From: Antedon mediterranea
Taxonomy: Eukaryota > Animalia > Echinodermata
Direction: 5' to 3'
NCBI RefSeq assembly: GCF_964355755.1
Contig: NC_092670.1
Span: 31,670,388 to 31,734,387 of the forward strand
DNA length: 64,000 nucleotides
Part shown: piece after piece, positions 59,401 through 64,000 of the stretch
Position numbering within the stretch: the first letter of the stretch is position 1
Layout: the number at the start of each line of letters is the position of its first letter
Position numbers and translations under genes: made by a program
Notes under the pieces: generated by a model
Told to the model about the DNA's origin: nothing
The model's database searches: none
What the model saw: the letters and a program-made list of their open reading frames with translations, nothing else

Positions 59401-61313
59401 CGTTCTAATCTATTAGGTAAAAGTAAAGACAATAAATGTAGCTGCTATAGTATTTAGGAACTACACTGTTAACGTATTGTTTAGTTCAATGAATCAATAA
59501 TGAAATAATATGACAAGTTTGTTACCAAATACGATGACATATATTACAAACATACGTTCTAATCTATTAGGTAAAAGTAAAGACAATAAATGTAGCTGCT
59601 ATAGTAGTTAGGAACTACAAACGTATTGTTTAGTTCAATGAATCAAACACATTTTAAATAGAAAATTAAAGTATGACTATTAAACAGGAATGAAAAAAAT
59701 AATGCTTCTGATCTGAGATTATTTCACTATCTATTGTAATATATAACATCAATAACATTAAACATTGAAATAATATCATTGTAACGTACACATTAGAAAG
59801 TTTTGGAAGATCATTAAATGCTGTTGAAATGTCTGTCAGCAAGTTGTATGCTGCATATCTGAAAGATTATTAATGTTTAGATTGATTAACATCTATACTC
59901 TAATAAAATCAATTATTATGTAAATGTTATGTAAATCGAATTAGTAAAATGTATTGCCCCAAAAAACTTAAACAATTAAGATTATTAAAATCCGACTTTG
60001 ACTTTGTTTTGCTTTAAATTACAGTTTTTCCAGGTAAATATATATTTTGGGTCAAAGTGAATAACTGTCTGAATGTGACATTAAAAATGGCATATTCATC
60101 AAACAATTTTTTTAAAGGAAAATAGGCCTATATATTTAAGTACTAACATCGATGCATGCTTAAAAACCATGATAGAAAAATTAAAATTGTATGGTCAGAT
60201 TATGACATTATAGACAATAAAATATTACAATGGAATTAAGTTATACACAATAATGTTTATAAGCTGAATAAAGATACGGCTTGGTTTGAATGGTTGACTG
60301 TTCTATTTAACAAGGCGGAACCAAGGCAGTTCTCAGATTTTGACAAAAGAGTCGCAAGTCTCAATATTTAAAAATAATCTGAGGATGCAAAAAACATTTT
60401 AACAGAACGTGATACAAATTAAACCAATCAAATGACGAGGGCACTCAACAATAATTACTGATGACTTTAAAATTAATATCATAATACTTAGGCTACAGAA
60501 TATCTTTTTCAAAAATAATACTTACACACTTTGGATTGACTTCGGAAACGAGGGTAGTCTTCTAAGTGAATTGTTATTAATTCCTCTGAAAATAACATGT
60601 TATGATACAATGTTTTAAAAACAGATTATATATTGATAAATAACCGCCGAAAATGTTTTAAAATCATGCAACAATACCTACTAATTAATATTACAATTGC
60701 AGTGAATGCTAATTAAATTGTTATGAAACTTACATAACTCTAAGCTCCGGTAATTTTAACAACGTATCGTCATTAATTGCTCTCAGATTGTTGTCACTCA
60801 TGTATCTATATAAATTAAAATTAAAGAGAATGAAACAACTCTTCTTTGCGTCATATACAATTTAGATTTTTAAAGATTATAAAGTTGTTAGTAATTAACT
60901 TTACACCACGGTCTCCACCTTTAGGTCTCATTGTACGACACATGAAAACTACATCGGTATAAAGTAACAATCCTACAGTCCTTCTAACCTTAGTCCCACA
61001 TTCCACTTGATTTCATGAATATTTTATGTAATAATTGATTAAGATAAGTAACTGCTTTGTCATGAATTATTAAAACACAAATATTAAGCAAACTAGTAAC
61101 TTCAATAACTTACAGATAGTACGTATTTATTGGAATTCCAACTGGCCATTCATTTAGTCCTCGGTTGCTACAATTCACGGTTCGTGTTCTTTCTGTACAT
61201 TCACAAACTGTCTCAAAACTGGCATCGTTACTTGTTCTACATGCAACCTTAACACCAATTGACCAATTCACATATAAAAACAAAAATACCATCAAGAAGT
61301 TATAAGACATCAT
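32335..61313 (-). CDS. 19-exon LRR / Cys-rich-repeat / multipass membrane receptor-like protein (~1101 aa)
   Basis: GT-AG exons: 61313-61114, 60805-60734, 60585-60526, 59858-59790, 58599-58528, 58358-58290, 55955-55878, 55660-55589, 55047-54979, 54661-54590, 53423-53364, 51904-51770, 51426-51358, 49336-49262, 49162-49091, 48980-48921, 48372-48194, 34646-32946, 32456-32335; total 3306 nt, open throughout. Confidence 0.85.
32662..32735 (+). mobile_element. Decayed tRNA-derived SINE head
   Basis: A-box-like tggtctagtggt and B-box-like ggttcgag; no intact cloverleaf. Confidence 0.45.
32946..34646 (-). CDS. Large exon (1701 nt) encoding Cys-rich repeats and ~8-9 TM helices
   Basis: GGFYQ..CQKCPIGSF, CFPCPEGVNC, GYWW, CAEGYTGWFCAACSSGYY, LKIAINFYQVL, YKQAYWFWE, LQPM; donor GTAAG at 32945, acceptor at 34647. 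Confidence 0.92.
34824..34883. mobile_element. 60-bp mini DNA transposon with 18-bp perfect TIRs and a 7-bp TSD
   Basis: cacagag|cagggagttgtaattaga ... tctaattacaactccctg|cacagag. Confidence 0.8.
35267..35851 (+). repeat. 58-bp minisatellite, ~10 nearly identical copies
   Basis: Unit agctacgagagaaagacctcctacgctacgagacgacccagttgtgtattccgataca; no spacers. Confidence 0.97.
37530..37832 (+). mobile_element. 5S rRNA-derived SINE (SINE3-like): 5S-like head ~37530-37648 plus ~180-bp GC-richer body
   Basis: taccacgttgaaacaccggttctcgtcagatcaccgaagttaagc..cttggatg..gacc..ctgggaata.cgggtgctgta matches metazoan 5S with several substitutions; no oligo-T terminator. Confidence 0.75.
37835..38590 (-). 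mobile_element. 3' fragment of a CR1/L2-group LINE with an (ATTCGT)n tail
   Basis: Minus strand reads FYTSIIRPI*EYAAPVWG; ends aataaagttct(attcgt)n near 37835-37865. Confidence 0.7.
38890..39291 (+). repeat. 5' LTR
   Basis: Appears identical to 43316-43717; both give the same 87-aa antisense ORF. Confidence 0.95.
39496..43296 (+). CDS. BEL/Pao Gag-protease-integrase polyprotein lacking RT/RNase H (1266 aa)
   Basis: LPTFDG..Y..F Gag motif, three Cys/His knuckles, LFDGCA protease-like site, HHCC zinc finger, GVDLFGPF, PWQNG..E, LVNERP, W..WN.DY; no RT catalytic YxDD region. Confidence 0.92.
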   Translation: MADPDYKKLRRIAKGRFTRICNSIVAAIDQNKTIEYVHMLNADLKEAWKSVNDRHESVVLQSAKDEEENENWIGQLEKTYDEVREMILRHKTRINEQHIDSEAIDRRHLQEEEVQISAMRAKNVRSIQHDDFQQLCDQIIQLINKNSVEGVKAARADLVKLMEDVKTAHMQYVSMLPNEEAINENLWLQSVRDKYGETSSAVAIFLEHLDKSKTQKTVDEKRKGGIQLEKMRLPTFDGDVRAYPRFKTDFLKFILPETTRDQAAFVLRKSLGEKPLQVVGAVDDDINEIWKRLDERYGDPIKLADAVMHDFESIDSLKDGDDKRFVEFVDIIERGHNDLRKLGMEKEMSNTRVVSDIERRLPPAIRREWSRSLYDEKAVIDRTDRFPALLKFLVREKKSVEYEVSGVRSKPSSCFTINTTNIEERNDAPKSENNKNCLVHDMGQHTTPECRAYIAMNLSDKTQLVRAKGACFGCLVRGHRIAECKNKRQCGVSECSRLHHSSLHDDTVGDNSQPKTTLNHHTGVATSKQTGACLLQLMSIKVGAGHMNVLFDGCATASLVTNKSARAAKLKGQPLKIAITKIGGLTEEIDSFHYIVPLIDKQGSVINISAYGIDQITSNIECIAVQHVVGLFSKVRFEEIKRPTGQVDLLVGYEYAGYHPIRMEAAEHLLLLENRFGKCLGGSHPTLKENTTTLVKTAALIHHVTTCSLDSFIKMAGMGVQCNPQCGSCRCGRCPVGAKEYTLKEERELALIEKNLKFCGSHGIAEYPWIKDPAELPNNRNAALFALKSLENRLKKDPEKAVAYNTKMKNMYKMKKIAGALNVLTANDINEAELLWIIECQKPIMDMLINNEKRFDDQYAKLSPRVQDDGVIVVGARAQRHINFSYNNQEVPLLTANHRFSKLYVTHAHNRSHCGVQSTVSLVRLRYWILNLQRLAKSIRHHCVPCRKREKDMSGQQMGQLPIERLKPSPPWSFIGVDLFGPFITRGEVNKRARGKAYGIIFTCFVTQAVYLDLATDYSTTGFLQAFRRFVSIRGYPTEIYNQLVSASKELKGVIDGWQESDLHDFGITKGTTWKFSAADFPWQNGVTEILNKGIKKGIHHAIGGQVLPFNELQTVLFEVANLVNERPIGRHPTDPEDGAYLCPNTILLGRATTRVPSGPWRATNNIRNRIEFVQSLIKSFWVKWNRDYFPSLIVRQKWHHEKRNMQIGDVVLVQDSNTARGKWRMGLGSSVYPDINGKVRTVQVELRNEDRNAKQTVTRADGINE
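43316..43717 (+). repeat. 3' LTR
   Basis: Direct repeat of 38890-39291. Confidence 0.95.
47381..47692 (-). mobile_element. 3' fragment of an L2-clade LINE with a (TTA)n tail
   Basis: Minus strand LWNALPIEIRQATSTSVFKSLLKTHF, tail tgtaaagcgcattgag..atgcgctatat(tta)n; absent from the neighbouring Helitron unit. Confidence 0.8.
48194..48372 (-). CDS. Exon 17 of the LRR-TM gene (Cys-rich linker)
   Basis: ICVRENT...CSPCKEGTYQ...CEMCPP-G; joins the 34646 exon in frame across a 13.5-kb TE-filled intron. Confidence 0.85.
49600..51250 (+). mobile_element. Highly decayed LINE remnant
   Basis: VGDFNAD near 49984 (APE) and LRVCYNNALRLLLRLPR..SASNML near 51056-51140 (ORF2 C-terminus). Confidence 0.55.
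51940..52805. mobile_element. Palindromic MITE with ~300-bp TIRs and TA TSD
   Basis: TA|gtcagg ... cctgac|TA; ~51975-52238 is inverted-homologous to ~52518-52785. Confidence 0.88.
56148..57098 (+). mobile_element. Copy 2 of the ~850-bp repeat, with a ~100-bp terminal extension bounded by an inverted repeat
   Basis: Homologous to 2107-2953; ends ccagacggagt ... actccgtctgg aacccagacta. Confidence 0.8.
57105..58140 (-). mobile_element. Decayed CR1/L2-group LINE 3' half
   Basis: LYKTTIEPCIDYGITVWG..QRRAAR..LGW..MMYKCIHGLAP; RYLG and FAD-type remnants upstream. Confidence 0.75.
59201..59645 (+). repeat. Three-copy ~152-bp tandem repeat
   Basis: ataatatga.aagtt.gttaccaaatacgatgacatat.. at ~59201, 59351 and 59504. 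Confidence 0.93.
61114..61313 (-). CDS. First coding exon of the LRR-TM gene: signal peptide + LRRNT
   Basis: MMSYNFLMVFLFLYVNWSIG; CEC....TVNCSNRGL..WP.GIP.NT..L; donor GTAAGT at 61113. Confidence 0.88.
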
Positions 61314-62705
61314 TGTAACAAAAGGTACAGAGTAGTTACATACGATTTACACTGTTTAACCGTCTTGACTGGTTAAGGTGATCATTATCAAGGTTCATAT
61401 ATGTTACAGAATAAGGAAACACCGTTTATATTTCTCAGGTGAATAATCATTGTAAACATTGCAATTAAACTGTATTCAATTCTGGTATTGTACTCACACT
61501 CATTGTTTAAAATGGAAAGTATAGCTGATACTTATTTCTCCTTGATTTAATCAAATATGAGGTATTACAGAATAAAAACACATAATAATACTCTCTTGGT
61601 GTCCGCTTCCTACCGATCCAGTATCAGAGGAATAGTCAGTGTAGTTTTCAGCTTTAACAACGTTTAACCATTAAAAAAAAACACATTTCTCAATGTTTAA
61701 GGATTTCAATGTATACTATATTTAATTAGTTGTACCAGGCGAATTAAGAATAACTATGATAATCGATTTTTGTTTATAACAAATACAAAAATATTATATA
61801 TATATATATATAAATTCATAATATCAAACTGCTACTGTGGATATGACGAGGTAATTTCGTGAATCAAATCAGTACGGTACTGAGGGTACTTGGTAGATAA
61901 GCTTCTACACCCAACCAGTCATACATCGACTTTAGTTAAACATTGGAATTATATTCTAAACATTTTTAAATTGATGTATAAAATGAACTATTGAATTTAG
62001 AAATAGGCCCTACACACATGTAGAATCACGGTTACAGTTTCGTGTAAATGATCATCGCTCAAAAGGAAAATAAAACGGTTTACATCTGTTTTAGCGAATT
62101 GACGTTTGTTTAGCAAATATAATGTCCTTTAAATTATAGGAATGATTAGCTAATGGTATTGTCTAATATTTTGAATACCACTATCAGGTATAAAAAGTAC
62201 TCTAATAACAACGAAGTGTAAACAGTACATTTTTATTATTAAGCCTAATACTAATTTTAGTCGTCAAAGTTTATCCATTTTAAACGAGAAAGCATCGAAA
62301 AATAGCCACTGTACAAAAAACAGAAATATATTCTAGTTAGTGTGGTCGGAACTAGACCAATCACGTACGATTTAGGGTATAATTATAGATAATATCTACG
62401 ATATGATAATATGTTAGATAAACAATATGATTGTTTTCCAGCCCAATTGATACTCACAAAAGAAGATCTGGGGTTGAGACGCTATTTACTACTTCCTCAT
62501 CTTTACTAGAATATCTTGTTATCATAAACCAATCAGTTTGTTATGTATTGTATTTACCATTATTATATCGAACTTCAGGCTAAAATACACGACGCCGCTG
62601 ACTAGATGGGGAGCCGAGTGGGGAATTCCCAATGACAAAATAATTGATGTACTTTGTTTGCATTTGGAATAACAACCGTAAATAAACAATTATAATTCAT
62701 TTTAA

Positions 62706-64000
62706 CTAGATGGCACGCTCGCTTCGCTCGCGTACCATCTAGGGGTGCTCACAGATGGTTCTCGAATACAGTAGAATAGAATAGAGACAACAAAACCAAT
62801 ACTGGATTCCATAAAGGACAATTAATGTATGTGGACTAAAGAAATTAGGGAGAAATGGAAATGTATGTACCGGGGAATTGGGCGGCACGTGGTGGTGGTG
62901 ATGGAACCGCAGTAATAAAGTTGATTGTATTTATATATTATAAGAACCAAACTAAATAAATAGACCTAGACATTCTGCGAAATGGAAATCGGAAATTCAA
63001 GCTCCTATTCAGTGAAAAATTAAACTGTAGTCTACCTAAATATTTAGGGCAAATCATCGGTTGTGGTGGTTGAAATTCCTGTAAACATTTGTGTGAACCA
63101 AACTGGGTCGAATTTCTGTCATGAGTACTGATTTGTTGGCCTGTGATTTATGACGCCTAAGGGATCTATCTAGACTTATTTTTTAGAATAATGTACGTAC
63201 CTGTCAGATACAATTGTCTTGTGTCGTATAATAAATAAGTACTGTAATAGTTACTGAAGTTACTATTACAATCTCGTCAATGAAAACACGAAAATGTATA
63301 TGCACTTACTTATGAAAACGTATACAGTATTATACTCAGTTATTGAAACAGTAGGTTTAAAAAAGTTTCGTTTGTCTGTAAAATGATGTAATCAAGCTGT
63401 TTACATGAGTCTTAATTTATAAGCACATCAATAATAAAATAGTTTATCTATCCTGTAATTGGCGAGATTATGGTCGCTGTTGAATGAAATAAAGCCAATC
63501 GGTATCATATTTGTACAGAAACGTTTTCGCGGCCGAAGGGTGTAACCTAAATTCGTTGTATTATCGTCAAGAACTAACTGTAACTAAACTTACATAGAAA
63601 GTAGGGTATCATAAATTTGGCCTTAGCACTCGGGGGAGTGGCTAAGATGAAGTCCGTGGGACTACTAAATATAAATTGTAATGAACCTCGAGGGACATAA
63701 ATATGAATATTTCATGTTTCATTATCAATGTATAATAAATGGAAACTGTTTACCGATTCAAATAATATAAATTGGTTTTTAACATTTTCCGAACCTATTG
63801 CAAGTTTATTCTCAAAGGGCCCATATATTTACCTACCGTATGTGTTAAACCAAGGGCTCATAAATTTACCTACAGTACTTGTGTTAAACCAAACTCTGGC
63901 AGACTGAGAGATTGGGATGTTCCATTCATCGCAAATCAATACATTTGTATAATCGTATATTAAATCTATCAAAATAGTATTTTTTAAAGAAAATCGGCCT
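62706..64000 (-). mobile_element. Helitron-family non-autonomous copy or mosaic on the minus strand
   Basis: ctagatggcacgctcgcttcgctcgcgtaccatctag is the reverse complement of the 46274-46310 terminus; ~63543-63590 and ~63930-64000 match internal parts of the array. Confidence 0.7.

Overview
AT-rich animal genomic DNA with spliceosomal introns, most likely an echinoderm or related marine invertebrate (inferred from an echinoidin-like lectin and the repeat content). Two host genes were reconstructed by hand. (1) A secreted QPD-type C-type lectin on + (CDS 13822-13997 + 14757-15096, 171 aa) with a probable TATA/Inr non-coding first exon near 5790 and an orphan duplicate of that promoter/exon near 19784. 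(2) A 19-exon, about 1101-aa receptor-like gene on - (61313 to 32335): signal peptide, LRRNT, about 16 LRRs on symmetric phase-2 micro-exons, Cys-rich repeats and about 8-9 TM helices, with no TIR or rhodopsin-type signature. Most remaining sequence is transposon-derived: a >1.5-kb inverted repeat pair, a ~975-bp tandem array ending in a foldback, a nearly intact CR1/L2-group LINE, a Penelope relic with an inverted tail, nested MITEs, a DINE-1/HINE-like element, an internally deleted RTE-like element, a 5S-derived SINE, a head-to-tail non-autonomous Helitron array, and a young BEL/Pao LTR element whose single ORF lacks RT/RNase H. No CRISPR array or prokaryotic system is present. All family calls rest on motif recognition by eye; no database searches were run.
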